Below the pieces are notes generated by a model. That model was given only the letters and a program-made list of their open reading frames with translations, was not told the origin of the DNA and made no database searches. Position numbers and translations under genes: made by a program. From assembly GCA_951406725.2 (NCBI GenBank), contig OX597822.1:110050001-110114000 (forward strand): DNA of 64,000 nt. The letters run 5' to 3'. The DNA comes from Octopus vulgaris. Lineage: Eukaryota. Each line of letters opens with the position of its first letter. Within the stretch, counting starts at the first letter, position 1. Below, in pieces: positions 1 through 14,880 of this stretch.

Positions 1-637
1 CGATTACTATTTTCTGCAAATTTATTTGGAAATCTGCCACGAAAAGTCACTTATCACTCAGAAAATATTACTTCTTTTTTCTGGCATTTAAGTGATCTTG
101 CATTTTGGATTCTTTTATATCCTAGTGCTGGATATTTGATTCAACGAAGCAGTGCGATGAATATTACATGAGACTCAACGATTTCAATCTACGGCTCACA
201 GTGTACTGCTTACTCACCAATTGCTCACCGTTCTTTATTTTATAGTAATGTTTCAGTCCATTCTTAGTCAATTAGGGATGGTCGGAATCCTCCCACAACA
301 GTTTCCCTAACTCCTACTGTTACACTAGAGCTATTAATAAATGTCCCACACAATTCCCTACTTTAGAGACTATATTTATCCTAACTAACTCCACAAAGTC
401 TTCTACTAATACTAAACCTCTACCAATTTCCGTTGTAGGTCAATACAGTCTTGTCACTCCTTGCGTAGGATGAAGTCCTCCGCTCATTTTGAATTTCTTC
501 CTAATTCTTTTGCTAATTCAGATTTTGCCCAATCTACAAAAGCTGCCAAATATCTAAGTAAGTATACTGGCCAAATATTTACAGACTTCACTTGATTCAG
601 ACCATTTAGCTTTTGCTTTATTAACTTTTTAGAGATT

Positions 638-930
638 ATGTGCAATACTTGGCTTGAGAGAGTTACTGCAGGAAGGCAATATATGCGGCAGCTGAATCCG
701 GCTCCTTGCCATATCTCCATAGGGAGTCAGAAGTGGTTGTCATTGGATTGCTATGACTTCAACAGTCTTAATTTCTGGACTTATATTTCCTTCGATTATA
801 ATTCAATGGAAAATTTTGTGTGGGACAAGGATGAGAAAAGCAAGGCCTAGCTCAAGAGGTTACTCGAAGATCATCCCAAGTGCGGAACGCATGAACTGGG
901 TTTGGAGGTGTTTTGCGTCCGTAGCCATGA
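638..930 (+). mobile_element. Decayed Tc1/mariner (maT/DD37D-like) transposase C-terminal fragment
   Basis: ORF 638-850 WLERVTAGRQYMRQLNPAPCH...FWTYISFDYNSMENFVW resembles the QQDSAPCH...WPPNSPDLNPLDYFVW region of Tc1/mariner transposases. Confidence 0.6.
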
Positions 931-1013
931 CACGTACGCAGTGTTTTTACTTATTATATTATATATTTGTCATTCATTTTATACTTTTTGAGATCTAGTT
1001 TTAAGTTATATAT

Positions 1014-1019
<6 letters not shown>

Positions 1020-1065
<46 letters not shown>
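1020..1065. repeat. (TA)n microsatellite
   Basis: Direct reading. Confidence 0.95.
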
Positions 1066-1070
<5 letters not shown>

Positions 1071-1299
1071 TATGTCTATCACTGTTTGAGTTGCATAATA
1101 GTGGTTTTATCTCTAATTTATATTTTATATATTTATGCTGTGAAATTTAATTTAATACTAAATTGAATTTTTCCCTGTAAGTGTCGAGTTATATTCCCTA
1201 ATATTATATATATATATATATGCGCGTGTGTGCGTGTGTGTATGTATGTACATATATATGTGAGTATTTTTATACATATATATAAATTTGCGTGTTACA

Positions 1300-2260
1300 T
1301 TGTTTTGCTTGTTTCACCATACATTCGTGAGAGAAATATTTCTTCATTTCTTCGGTATTGCAGTATCACAGGTGCTGCATTAATGGCTGCAAGTGTTAGA
1401 AATGAACTCTTAGACTAGGACACGAATAATTCATGCATTTTTCTTTTCCTTTGCTGCTATTTCTATTAAGAAAACGGCCCCGGATTATTCAGCTTTGCAT
1501 CGTAAATAAGTCACATTGTTTATGTATCCAGTGTACAAGCAGAAATAATTGCACCACCACTAAATTAATATAATATGTAATGCGTTCAATGATGTTACTA
1601 AGTCCGGCCCTTTGTTAGGTTATGGATTGCAGGAGAATGATTACTAAGCATATATTTTGAACACTTCTATCCAGATTATATTAACAGACACTCTATCGCA
1701 AATTGTACGCAAAATAGATTTCAAATTGATCGTATTAGGTAAATGGAGAAACGCAACGTATACATCATAGACGATATAATTTAGTATGAATATATAGAAA
1801 CACAGAAAATTAAACGCTTCGCACTTACTTTTATCTCATTACATACAAAACAAAACACATTATTTCTGAGTCCACGATAATATTTGGGAACAAATATAAA
1901 TTAGACATAGTTTACGATGCTCCAGTAAATATAAGCTATTTGCAGATTAATGACCATATTCCTGTAGTTTCTATGAGAGCTTTATATTATTCATACAATG
2001 ATGAAACCATCTGGGAATCTCAAAGAAGTATTGCAAAGTTTTATTAATAATACTTTGAAGGTATTATAGATGTAGCTGCGAACATAATTTGAAAGTATAT
2101 ATTTACATCTCTATGAAATAGCCACGTAAACGATAGCTAAATTATAGCACATTTTAAGGGCAATTAATGAAATCAATATTAAAACTTCTCTATCTAGACG
2201 CAGGAGCGAAGGAGAGATATTCTAACATTCTAGCAAGATGATCACAGTTTAATGCACCGG
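1300..2260 (-). pseudogene. Possible relic of cadherin-repeat coding sequence
   Basis: Minus-strand hand translation gives LRLDREV...LAIVYVAIS then frameshift RDVN (LDRE at 2186-2197), plus GAIISACTLD and LAAINAAPVI near 1370-1555. Interrupted by stops and frameshifts. Confidence 0.3.
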
Positions 2261-3149
2261 TATTTACACGACTGAGAAGTAATACTAGTTTTGCTAATAT
2301 TATAAATGGAATTACATGAAGTTAACGGCGAAAGTATTAAATTATATGTTATGTATTTAAAGTCTAAATGTAACTTCGGAACACATTTATATTACATCAT
2401 ATGTATGTCATTATGAGTGTTTATGTGTATAACTTAACTTTATTACACATATTTGTGTGGCTGAGACAGACAGTGAGAGAGGGGTGAGGCAGAGAGAGAG
2501 AGAGAGGGGGAGGAAAGAAGAGCATGTAGGTATGGGTGTACATCTGAATGAATATATAAATGTTAAAATTAATTCTTAGCCGCCAAATTGATGTACACAT
2601 CCTGTGTAATTATCGGAATCGAAATATAAATGCGGAAAGAAACAGTTTTCATTTACAGTTCAATAATTTTCCCAATATAATTGCCGTAATATAAAGAACG
2701 TTTAAGAGTGATGAGATATTGAGATCATATATAATTACGCTAATTTAATTGTTATTCACTTAGACTGTTTTATTCAATTGTGCAGGAACATACACAGATA
2801 ATACGCGTACGTTTTAGCATATATACATATATGTATATATCTTTATACATATATATCGTGCTAATGGTGATATATACAAACCTATATACATGTCCTACAA
2901 CCATCAAAAAACAATAAGTATTCTTCATTCATAATTTTATGAAGATTTCAGTTTGTTTATCTGTCTCTTTGTCAAAAGCACCTGCTTTTAATTCATTATC
3001 TTCCCACTCACAAGATATGGGGTAAATATGTGTGTGAGGAAGAATGCATACATGCATATGTGTATGGCTTACGTTAAATTATGTTTGTGTTTCACTAGGT
3101 GGATTGCGTTTTTACTGATATTACCATAAGGAAATATTAAATATATACA

Positions 3150-3555
3150 GGAGTGGCTGTGTGGTAAGTAGCTTGTTAACCAACCACATGGTTCCGGGTT
3201 CAGTCCCACTGCGTGGCATCTTGGGCAAGTGTCTTCTGCTATAGCCCCGGGCCGACCAATGCCTTGTGAGTGGATTTGGTAGACGGAAACTGAAAGAAGC
3301 CTGTCGTATATATGTATATATATATATGTGTGTGTGTGTATGTGTTTGTGTGTCTCTCTTTGTCCCCCAAGCATTGCTTGACAACCGATGCTGGTGTGTT
3401 TACGTCCCCGTCACTTAGCGGTTCCGCAAAAGAGACCGATAGAATAAGTACTGGGCTTACAAAGAATAAGTCCCGGGGTCGATTTGCTCGACTAAAAGGC
3501 GGTGCTCCAGCATGGCCGCAGTCAAATGACTGAAACAAGTAAAAGAGTAAAAGAA
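3150..3555 (+). mobile_element. tRNA-derived SINE family A, full length
   Basis: A/B-box-like head (TGGCTGTGTGGT...GGTTCAGTCCC), CTTGGGCAAGT CORE-like motif, internal (TA)(TG) tract, AAGAGTAA tail; many copies in window. Confidence 0.9.
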
Positions 3556-3584
3556 TATATATGTATGTGTGTATGTGTCTGTAT

Positions 3585-3802
3585 ATACTCTTTTACTCTT
3601 CTACTTGTTTCAGTCATTTGACTGTGGCCATGCTGGAGCACCGCCTTTGGTCGAGCAAATCGACCCCATGACTTATTCTTTTTAAGCCTAGTACTTATTG
3701 TATCGGTCTCTTTTGCCGAACCGCTAGGTTAAGGGAACATAAACACATCAGCATCGGTTGCCAAGCAAGGCTGGGGGGACAAACACAGACACACAAACAT
3801 AT

Positions 3803-3866
<64 letters not shown>

Positions 3867-4040
3867 ATATTTCGGAATGGTCATTTTGTAAGTTTAGTTT
3901 CTTTCAGTTTCGGTCTACCAAATCCACTCATAAGGCTTTGGTCGGCCCGTAGCTATAGTAGAAAACACTTGCCCAAGGTACCACGCAGTGGGACTGAACC
4001 CGGATCTATGTGGTTCGTAAGCAAGTTACTTACCACACAG
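3585..4040 (-). mobile_element. SINE family A, inverted relative to the previous copy
   Basis: Reverse complement of 3150-3555, with an expanded internal (TA)n carrying a short foreign insert at about 3862-3895. Confidence 0.9.
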
Positions 4041-4394
4041 ACTATTTTTCAAAACAACTTTCTCGTGAATGTTTATCAAACTGTGGTGATAAACCTGAAT
4101 ACTTCTGTACGTATTTATGTATATATAGAGTAGATGAAACCATGGCGACCGAAGAAGGGTTTTTTCTTTGTGTTAATTGCCCTATACTCTATTTTTTATT
4201 GTTTTGTTGCTGAAAAATGTCCAGTTCCTTGGGTTTGTGTCTATGTTTTCGTTACTCATTGTGTTCGACGTTTTTTTGGTGTCCTGTACTCATATATGCG
4301 TGAATATATACATGTAGAGGTTGGTACGTACATATATGTGTATATATATGCATATGTTTTATTTATTAATATATATATATATATTTATACGTAA

Positions 4395-5082
4395 ATACTA
4401 GAGAGCCAACTTTGAATATGTTAACTCTAACTGCTAGAAATAGACCCACCGGTAAAAGTCGCCGACGATAATTCCACATAGAAATAGCACCACAGTCAAC
4501 GCCATGAAATTAAATTACAACTAAATAATGGATTAATGTTGTACAATTGTTTCGTCATTAACAAAATATGCAGATTATACTTACATAATTATCTATGATT
4601 CGTCAGCAGCATTTGTCAATATAATTGATCAGTCCCTTACAGGCGACGATTCTCCTATGGTCCGATGAATTACATTCGGGTTGTAGTTACAAATTTCCCG
4701 CCGGAAGTAAATGCTAAGTGGAAGTGAGTACCGCATGTAATATTTACTGCAGCATATCAAATCAATACATTCAATAATGAGGGTGAATAAAATTATAGAT
4801 ATTAACTTAATAATACCCTTATTTCAAACCAAGCGACCTAGCACAAAAAAAACGGGGATACAAATTCATATTTATCCGTAAATATTAGAGAGCCAACTTT
4901 GAATATGTTAACTCTGGGTCTATTTCTAGCATTTAGAGTTAACATATTCAAAGTTGGCTCTCTAATATTTACGGATAAATATGAATTTGTATCCCCGGTT
5001 TTTTTGTGCTAGGTCGCTTGGTGTTAAAATAAGGGTATTATTAAATTAATATCTATAATTTTATTCACCCTCATTAGTGAAT
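4395..5082 (-). mobile_element. Non-coding hammerhead-bearing element with partial tandem and inverted terminal duplication (Penelope-like/retrozyme-like)
   Basis: Direct repeat about 4399-4428 / 4886-4915, inverted arms 4769-4915 / 4935-5082, HHR at 4535-4613. Confidence 0.65.
4535..4613 (-). ncRNA. Type I hammerhead ribozyme motif
   Basis: Minus strand: AATGCTG-CTGACGA-A-TCAT...ATGA-C-GAAAC-AATT-GTA-CAACATT. Stem I 6/7 bp, long imperfect stem II, palindromic helix III ACAATTGT. Confidence 0.7.
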
Positions 5083-5084
5083 AT

Positions 5085-5293
5085 ACTCTTTACTCTTTTA
5101 CTTGTTTCAGTCATTTGACTGCGGCCATGCTGGAGCACCGCCTTTAGTCGAGTAAATCGACCCCGGGACTTATTCTTTGTAAGCCCAGTATTTATTCTAA
5201 CGGTCTCTTTTGCCGAACCACTAAGTGACGGGGACGTAAACACACCAGCATCGGTTGTCAAGCAATGCTAGGGGGACAAACACAGACACACAA

Positions 5294-5324
<31 letters not shown>

Positions 5325-5477
5325 CATATATACAACAGGCTTCTTTCAGTTTCCGTCTACCAAATCCACTCACAAGGCATTGGTCGGCCCGGGGCTATAG
5401 TACAAGGCACTTGCCCAAGATGCCACGCAGCGAGACTGAACCCAGAACCATGTGGTTGGTTAGCAAGCTACTTACCA
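5085..5477 (-). mobile_element. SINE family A
   Basis: Homologous to 3150-3555. Confidence 0.9.
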
Positions 5478-5646
5478 ATATATATTTATATATTTATATA
5501 TATATATATATACCAGCAGAAAGACCACCCTCTGGGCGGTTTACTACTAATCGTACCTGGAGTGTGTGTCCGTTTATATTATTGAGACGATGTGTTTATA
5601 TTAGAGAAACAGTGTGTGCGCGTGTGAATGTGTGTGTGTGTCTGTG

Positions 5647-5650
<4 letters not shown>

Positions 5651-5705
<55 letters not shown>
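5651..5705. repeat. (GA)n microsatellite
   Basis: Direct reading. Confidence 0.95.
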
Positions 5706-5709
<4 letters not shown>

Positions 5710-6182
5710 AAAACACTGAATGAAATAAACATGAAATGATAAAATCGTATAAGCAGAAGCTCGTAAAAAATCTATAGGCATTGTTTGGGTTGAACTCTTA
5801 GAAATGTCAAAACGAACAGCTGGTTGTGTTCGGTAATTTCTGCATAAAGACCTTATTTAATTACTTTTGCTTAAAAGTGAAAGAGAGGAGAAAGTCAAAG
5901 ATGTACGTATGTAATGTGTGCGTGTTTCTGTGTGTGTGTGCGTGTGTGTGTGCGTGTATGTGTGTGTTTGTGCGAGAAAGAGAGACAGAGATAGAGAGAG
6001 AGAATGAATGCCACTTAGACATCACTCCCTCCTTCTGTCACAGACACATTCAAACACACACGCGCACACATACATACCAAAAATATGTGTACCTATGTAT
6101 TTATGTATGTGTATATACATGACAATACACCACTTCACAGACTCTCTCTCACACACAAACACACACACACAGACATGAATAT

Positions 6183-6335
6183 GTTAGTTAGTTAGTTAGT
6201 TAATTTGGCTCAAAAGCAAATAGCAAGGCCATGTAGGGGGACATGGAGTTAAGTACAGGGTGGTGTTCATGTAAAGAGTTCAGGCCACTTAAGGTGCAGG
6301 GAGGCTTTGAACAAAGCGGTCGTCGGCATTTTTAT
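6183..6335 (-). mobile_element. Probable 3' end of a LINE with (TAAC)n tail
   Basis: (TTAG)n tract abutting a GC-richer segment; no diagnostic peptide. Confidence 0.4.
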
Positions 6336-8739
6336 CATGGAAGCCTCAAAGTTATACTGCTATTTTGTCTAACAGCATTCATTCATTCAATAAATAATGT
6401 ATTTAAATTAGGTATATAGAATAAACTGTGGCTTTTGGAAATAGCTAATTAAAACTTGAAATGGAAACATTGAAATGAATATATATTAAATTATCATTTA
6501 TGAAAATAGAGGCGAGAGAAAGTGAGAGACTGTTGCAAATGAAAACGGAAAATTTCGCCTGCAGCGACCTAATATTTATTATGAAATCTCCTCCGTAGTG
6601 AATTCAACGAATATCTAAATTGGAGAAAAACTTCTATTTCAAATATGCAATAAAATTCAGAAATCGAAATTACAGGAAGTTTCTTGAAACATGAATTAAT
6701 AAAAAAACTTCCAGACGGTCAACCCTTTAAGAATTGCTTTCTTTTAGTAACTGTTGTATACCTGATTAAAAAAGCAGCTTTTTTTCCATTTTATTATAGA
6801 TGTACGTATTTATGGACGTATACATTTATAGATGCATCGAATTAGAAAACACAAAATACAAAATAGTCTATGACGGGATAAGTTCAAAATTACTATTTAG
6901 GGAAAAGTAAAGTGTTGATGCCTATATCTCTTTGGACATTGGCTTTCTACATATAATAGGAAAATGGAAGGAAAGAGCAAGAGGAAGTTGAAAGAGAGAA
7001 AATTATAAATTGATATAAAATTCCAAGAGAAGTTAACCAGTGTATTGCTGAACATTTTACCGTTGAATGACCGGTAATAGTGTGCAGAATGAGATTAGCA
7101 TTTTCTTGCAGGAGAACGAGCAAGACCTGCCTGCTAGAGTGTGTGTATGTATGTTTTTGTTAGCATATGTATTTTTACTGAGGTGTATGGTCAATTACTG
7201 TTTGTCTTTGTGGTTTTTTGTATGACGTTTGGGTGTATGACAGCAGACGGTTATTTTGTATGACGTTTAGGTGTATGACAGCAGACGTGTATATAGTGTA
7301 ACAAATTGAAGAGAAATGATTCGAAGTGTCTTGTGGCATGTTTTTGAAGAAGGAATATATCTGACTTGCTGATAATCAAACACCATACAAACATCCTTCA
7401 AAATTAGAATTATCTTCGCTTCTTGAGGATGTATCATAATTACCGAAATGACAATTATGACCAGCTCCACTTCAAAAAGGGAGATAATCTCATGACGGAC
7501 GATTTTCTCCAACACTGACAGGCCGTTAAGGAGAAAAGTAAACTTATAGTCCGGAGATAAAAGAATGGTCAGAGACAGTCTAGAGATCATTTGTGGCTTA
7601 TGGATATGTGTGCATGTGTGAGTACCTAAATATGATATGTATCAGAGCTAAATTACGACGAATTGTATGAATTTCGCTGAGAAACTGTAAAATCTAACAA
7701 AATATGCGCCATTACTGCAGTAAGCCAGTGCTACAAATGTTTGAAATCAATGAGCAGTGATGCCCTTTTTCAGGAATTATCGTAAATAAACAACCAATAC
7801 ATCATTGAATCATGCAGTTCTTTCAGAATCTTGGATATTCTGTAAAAAAAAAAAAAGGATATTTAATTTCCTTATAATTCATTTGTGTTGAGTTGGTGAT
7901 ATTTAGTTCCTAAGGTCTGCAATATTTCTAGACTAAAATACGTTTCACTTAACTTTTTATCATTTCCTGCATAATGTGAGTATTGCTTATTTCACTGTCA
8001 TTTTGATATTCGCTGATCATAAAGTTACTGCATGTGTTATTTCGCTTCCCACGCACTCTGCTAACAAAAGGTGATGCCAGTGGCAATCAGTGACGATTTA
8101 ATGTTTATGTTTATGTTTCGATATCAATAACAATAACTACATTGTACTGTGTTGCACAGACTGAAGTATGATATATATTTTAAAATATCGGTATATAAGA
8201 GTTCATGTTTATTCTCTATTTTCTTTCACTTCACTTAAAATCCTTTTGCATAGTAAATATTTACTTTCTAACATGAAATAATTCTTTCTAGCATATAAAA
8301 GCACACGCAATCACACTCGCGCGCACACATGTGTGTGTGCACGGATACTAGCCAGCATTTAAATACATACACATATTTTTGAATATGTATTTCTCCATTG
8401 AAATTTGGATTAAGCTTGTGTGTTTGCAGGTGCGAACGTGTGTGTTTCTGTATGAGGATAGGTGTGTGTTTGAGTGCGTGTGAAGATGTATATGTGTGTC
8501 CGCGTGCGCAAAGGTTATCAGATCCCATCGCGGCAATTTCTTCAATAAATTCTCAGTCCTGTATCTGAGATTATCATATACGTTTTTGCCTTATATACTT
8601 TTCAATATGACGTTTAATATATAAACCAAGTTTTGAATATCTCACACGAATTTTGAAGAATTAATCTCTATTTTCTGTAATGTAATACTTTTGCATATCG
8701 ATAGATATATAGCTTTATATAAATACATATGTATATATG

Positions 8740-8843
<104 letters not shown>

Positions 8844-10164
8844 TATATGTATTGATGACTACAGCGTTAAATAGGCAAATTAGTGAAAATGAAATATTAA
8901 ATGAAATTGATTACATACAAACAATAAAAAATAATTTTTTCCTCCCATTTTCTTATTCTTTCTGAGTTGATTAATCACCTGTTCGAAGTAAGGAATCATT
9001 TATTCACCTTTAGAACATCAATTTACCATTCATCAACGGACATTTACTGATTCCCTGTAGTCTAGGATCTGTTTACTGTTTAGTAACCTCTAACCATTCA
9101 TGACTTTATTTCCAGGGCTGTTACTATGTCAAAATATACTTTCCATCTAAGGAAATGGTAAGCAAGAAGCAGACGAAAATAAGACATTAATCAGGTTGAT
9201 CACTGAATGTTTCACATAACTTCTTAAAAGTGATATTTAAGTAATATAATATATTTATGATATACTATTTCTTTACCGTCTATACAATTCTCTTCACATG
9301 GTAATGACGGAAGCACTGAAAGGATTTGGCTACGATTAAATATTCTATTCAATTCTTGGTCTATGTGTACCATTATTTGATATACAGGACACAACGGTCT
9401 AATCGTTATCATAATAATAAAGCGCATATTGGCGAAGAAAACATTCAGTTATCCTAATATTTGCTGTCACCAAGCAAGTACTGAATAAGGAAAAAAATTC
9501 CGACTATCTTTAAGAAAATTATGGTGTTTACATTAAGAATGTATCCTTACAAATATTTATAATAAACTGAATGATTTGGTATATTTCTAAAACCGTTGAA
9601 TCTCAAAAGGAAAATATTAAGTGTGTAGTATATAAATGGAATTAATAAGAATACTCGGGCTTTATTAATTATATTTATCTCGATTATTTACCATTAAATA
9701 AATAAATAAAAAAAATTAATAATGACCGCATTTATAGCACAAAGTTGGAATTAATAGACACCAAACTAATGTTAGGATTCAGTAGATCTGGCTTGCTATA
9801 GATAATTTAATTGCTGGAAATACGAAAACAACATTTCCTTTGACAATATATAACACCTAATATTTCACATGAAAGGAAATGTTTTCACGCCAATTACTTT
9901 CTAAGAAATATGATATTTCAGCTTTAGTTTGGGAAATATTATTTGAAGAGCAATATCATTGATTTATTGCTTCACTTGCTTATACACGCACTCACATGTA
10001 TACAAATACCTATATTTATTTATTCATATAAATGCACACATAGTTATTCATATGTGTATATTAGTATTTAGGAGCTGGTCAGGGAAAAAAATTTTCCAAT
10101 TTTCCATTCAATATCATAGTATACATATTTCTGTTACATGAGTACACACGCACACACTCATATC

Positions 10165-10570
<406 letters not shown>

Positions 10571-11139
10571 AGAATTAGCAAGAGCATTGTAATATGGAGT
10601 GCTGTATATACTATTGTAGACTCCCAAATTCTCTGTTCTTATATACATTCAAGATTACGAATATAAAGTTTCCGAGTCATATTCTGTTACCAGTGACACG
10701 GTACTGCTCCGTTTCAATATCATTCAATATCATATAGGAGTTATAGTATTTCTGGAGAGCATTTGATTATTTGAATTTATTAATGTCAATGAAGAAATAA
10801 AACTCTCCTCCCGTAAAGTGCTGGTTGAACATTCGATCATCCGAATAAACAGCATGGAATCTGTAGAAAGCATACGTCGTATGTAGCATTATATATTCTC
10901 TATATAGAGAGGCTATAATGTATATTCAACGGTTTGAAACAGAACATTAACACCCACTCAATATTTCGTGTATTCAAATGTGTGATGATAAAGAAATTAA
11001 ATAAGAAGATACTATATGGTATATTAAATTCCAGAAGAGGTAAATGTACACAGCTGACAATGAAAATAAAAATTTCTAAATCGTTCATAAATATTCGCTT
11101 CAAATTTTGGCACAATGCCAGCGATTTCGGACTGGTGGT

Positions 11140-11505
11140 AAGTCGATTACATCAACCCCAGCGCTCAACTCGTATTTATTTTATCTAGCCCAAAACGATG
11201 AAAGGCAAAGTCAACCTTGATGCAATTTGAACCCTGAACCTAAAGACAGATAAAATGCCGCTCAGCATTTTTCCAGCGTGTTAACGATTCTGTCAGCTCA
11301 CCGCCTTATCATTGATAAATATTAGTCAGCAATCTCAGATGAGGGATTAAACCCTAGTGCTCGACTGGTACTTATTTTGTCGATGGTGAAAGAATGGAAG
11401 GCAAAAAGGACCCCGGCAGAATTTGAATACAAAATGTAAAGATGGACGAAATGTCGCTAAACATTTTGTTCGGTGTGCTCACGACTCTGGCAGATCACCA
11501 CTTTG
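11140..11505 (-). mobile_element. Two decayed copies of tRNA-SINE family B
   Basis: GATGAAAGGCAAAGTC...GAATTTGAA...GACGAAATG motifs match cleaner copies at 30259, 33199 and 58791. Confidence 0.75.
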
Positions 11506-11589
11506 TTGTTCGTAAATTTTAGAGATTGTAACTTGAAAGTAAAAACGAGGAGTATTCTTTCCAGAAAATCGAGTTTAAAAGCAGTGACT

Positions 11590-12340
11590 AGTGAAAACCC
11601 CGTCCTTTATTTAAGAAGCTTTTTTTTTGTAACATGATTCCAGCTTCCTATCCCATTGCAAGGCACTAGGTTCAATAACTTTTAACATACCATCGGTTAA
11701 CACACAATTAACCCACACGGCACTTGGAAGAATGTTGAGCTTACTATCATAAGGTTATAGCTTTAAGCCATACGGTTTTGACATCCTCATCACCGCGATA
11801 TTGGTTCCCAGCCAAATCTATCTTTTCAGGATGCGAAACAAATGATAGTCAGATGGGCTACAACAGGACAAAAGGGAGGGTGATCAACAAGTTCAAAGTC
11901 AGTCATGCACAGCACCCATTGACAGCAACGATGTGTATACTGAAGCACTGTTCTGGTGAAACAAGAAACCGTTCGTCAGTCTTCCTGGGCCTTTGACATT
12001 GATAGGCTTTCAAAACTGCCTCAGCAAGTTGACATAGTATTCTCCATTGATGGGGTGGCACTTTCGAAAGTAGTGAAGGTAGTCACTATCCCCCAAAACT
12101 GAGGCAATTAATTGCAGATGAAATGAACTTTGAAGCAATTAAAGAAAGGTGATTTCACTACATAGCTTACCTCTTCCTCTCTGGCTCAAAGTGATGAATC
12201 CAACACTCATCCTCGGTTATGAAGAATCGAAGAAGGAATCCAAGGAAACGTAGTTTCTTTTTGTACAGAAAATTGCATGTATATCAACACATAACAATTG
12301 AAAGGTCATAGAAGAATCAGGTGTGTGATGATACCTCCAA
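11590..12340 (-). mobile_element. Decayed mariner transposase
   Basis: Minus-strand RFFITEDECWIHHFEPE (ITGDEtWIHH-like) near 12180-12230 and FELVDHPPF.P..AHL near 11845-11895. Confidence 0.75.
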
Positions 12341-12349
12341 AATATGTAG

Positions 12350-12840
<491 letters not shown>

Positions 12841-13671
12841 TATAGATATATGTCCAACTGACAAGAGGTGATGTAGCTAATATTGAAAGGATGGTGAAGT
12901 CTTCAATAAACAACTCTGCAGTCGAGATTATTCTACACTATAGTTGGCACATATTTTGAATGGTCAGTGTAATTTTCCACGGCCTCGTATTTTCACTAAT
13001 TAATCAAACAGTTGTGCCGTCATTAACACCTTTCAGTAAATTAGTAGATCGGAGCGGATTGATGAATAAATAAAATCTTCATTAAATAGATCACATCTTA
13101 CCCTTTAAGCATTAGCTTGCGATAGATGTGTGGCAAGCTATTAATTAGATTAAAAGGAAAGAAAATGGTAAGACCGAAACGTAATTATTGAAATCTGGTG
13201 GACATAAATGCTGGCTGCTAGTTACATAACACAAAATCCAAGTTTATATGTTTCAGTGTCGTAAGCAAGTATGACAGTAAACAGATGGAGAGACCGCTTA
13301 GAGGTTATCTCCCACATTTTATCAAGGTCAAGGTTTATTAGAATATGTCACGGCCTCAGGCAGATATGTAATATAACGTGCATAAATATTGTCCCTTCAG
13401 CAAAATGGACACGTTTACTGCCCGATTTGAGGTATCCTTGCGAAAATGGGAAGATCAATATGTACAATGTGATTGTGTAAAGTAAAAGTAAGACCAGTTA
13501 GAAATTGCATCACACGCACACAGACACACAGACACACAGACACACGCACACACACGCACACACATAGACACACATACACACATATGTGTGTATCTGTTAT
13601 ATCTACGTATTTGTGTTTGCATTTATGAACACAAAGAGAAATATATAAGTAAGTATATGTGTATATATATA

Positions 13672-14185
13672 TCTATATATATAAAACTGTAGTTGTGTGA
13701 GTGTCTGTCCCCTTCGATTTAGATTCCTAACTACTCCCACAGTTTGCGGTGCAGTTTAACCAAATTCGGGTATCTTATAGTCGTGATTCATATCGAGCCC
13801 GACTGAGTATTAGCGCGCGTCTACGATGAGTCTACGAGTTTAAAAATAATTTAACATCATATTTTATTCCATTTTAATGCATAATTTTTCGTTTGTCGAT
13901 GGCGGCGGAGTTGGCGTCCGTGGTCACACCTGCACCTGTGTTTGCTTCTACCCCTTCTTCCCTCCCTCGTGAAGCTGTGGGGAAGGGAGTGTAAGGAAAT
14001 CAACGTCGTAAAGCGTTGTCAAGGAGACCAGCGTTCTTTTAGAACAACGACTTCATGGCTTGAAGACACCAAAACAGAAATGGCTAAGAAAGCCCGAATT
14101 TGCATCTATAAGGGAAGTAACTCTCTAAAAGTGCTTATATAGTTATTTCCCTTACAAACCCGAGCAACGCCGGGCGATACTGCTA

Positions 14186-14186
<1 letters not shown>
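13672..14186 (+). mobile_element. Non-autonomous Helitron
   Basis: 5' A|TCTATATATATAAAA, subterminal hairpin CCCGAGC-AAC-GCCGGG, 3' CTAG|T; A/T insertion site and no TSD. Confidence 0.8.
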
Positions 14187-14236
<50 letters not shown>

Positions 14237-14409
14237 GAGAGAGAGACAGAGAGAGGGTGAGAGAGAGATAGACAGACAGACAGATAGATAGACAGATAAT
14301 AGATAGATAGATAGATAGATATGCTTTATGAACGCTACTAATAAGAGCTACATATAAAAGTTTGAAGAATATGATGCATTGTGGTCTCAAAGATTTAAAC
14401 ACATCTTAA

Positions 14410-14453
<44 letters not shown>

Positions 14454-14475
14454 ATATATATATATATAAATGTAT

Positions 14476-14506
<31 letters not shown>

Positions 14507-14679
14507 CGTATATATGTATGTATGTATGCATGTATTATCGCTTATGACCACCAAATATTATGAGCGCTACCAATATCGACTGTCACATACATAAAATCAA
14601 TGGCAAAAGATCTTCATTGAATTGGCATCTGTATTTAACTAATATATTCCAGTCCGTCCGGATGCACGCTTACAATTCC

Positions 14680-14880
14680 AGGTAAGAGCATGTAGTCTCG
14701 ATTCAATCTAGCGCTAATCGGAGACGTATATAGTAGGGTACACTAGTAGCTACATTGGACCAACCTGATCTTTCGCCCCGAGACCATAGCTACCGAACAA
14801 TCGTTTCCACTGTTGCATCCCTATGAAGTAAATATGTCTGATTTCACAACAGTAACGGAAGGAACGTTTCACGAACTTGT
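14680..14880 (-). pseudogene. Possible cadherin-like relic segment
   Basis: Minus-strand VVKSDIFTS*DATVETIVR and ISARLNRDY (LDRE-like); stops present. Confidence 0.2.

Noticed and set aside
3069-3538. Recurrent similar ORFs (also 5255, 38882, 46830, 30285, 33587, 47593)
   Set aside because: Chance frames within SINE copies.
4060-4160. Hairpin GTTTATCA/TGATAAAC and CCGAAGAAGGG as a hammerhead; also CCGATGA at 4662
   Set aside because: Core boxes are too degenerate to support a call.
7217-7590. 33 bp tandem duplication and a 107 aa ORF
   Set aside because: Simple local duplication; no recognisable protein family.
9276-9316. Possible 39 nt minus-strand exon (LPSLPCEENCID) with AG/GT ends
   Set aside because: Too short to distinguish from chance, and no open neighbouring exon.
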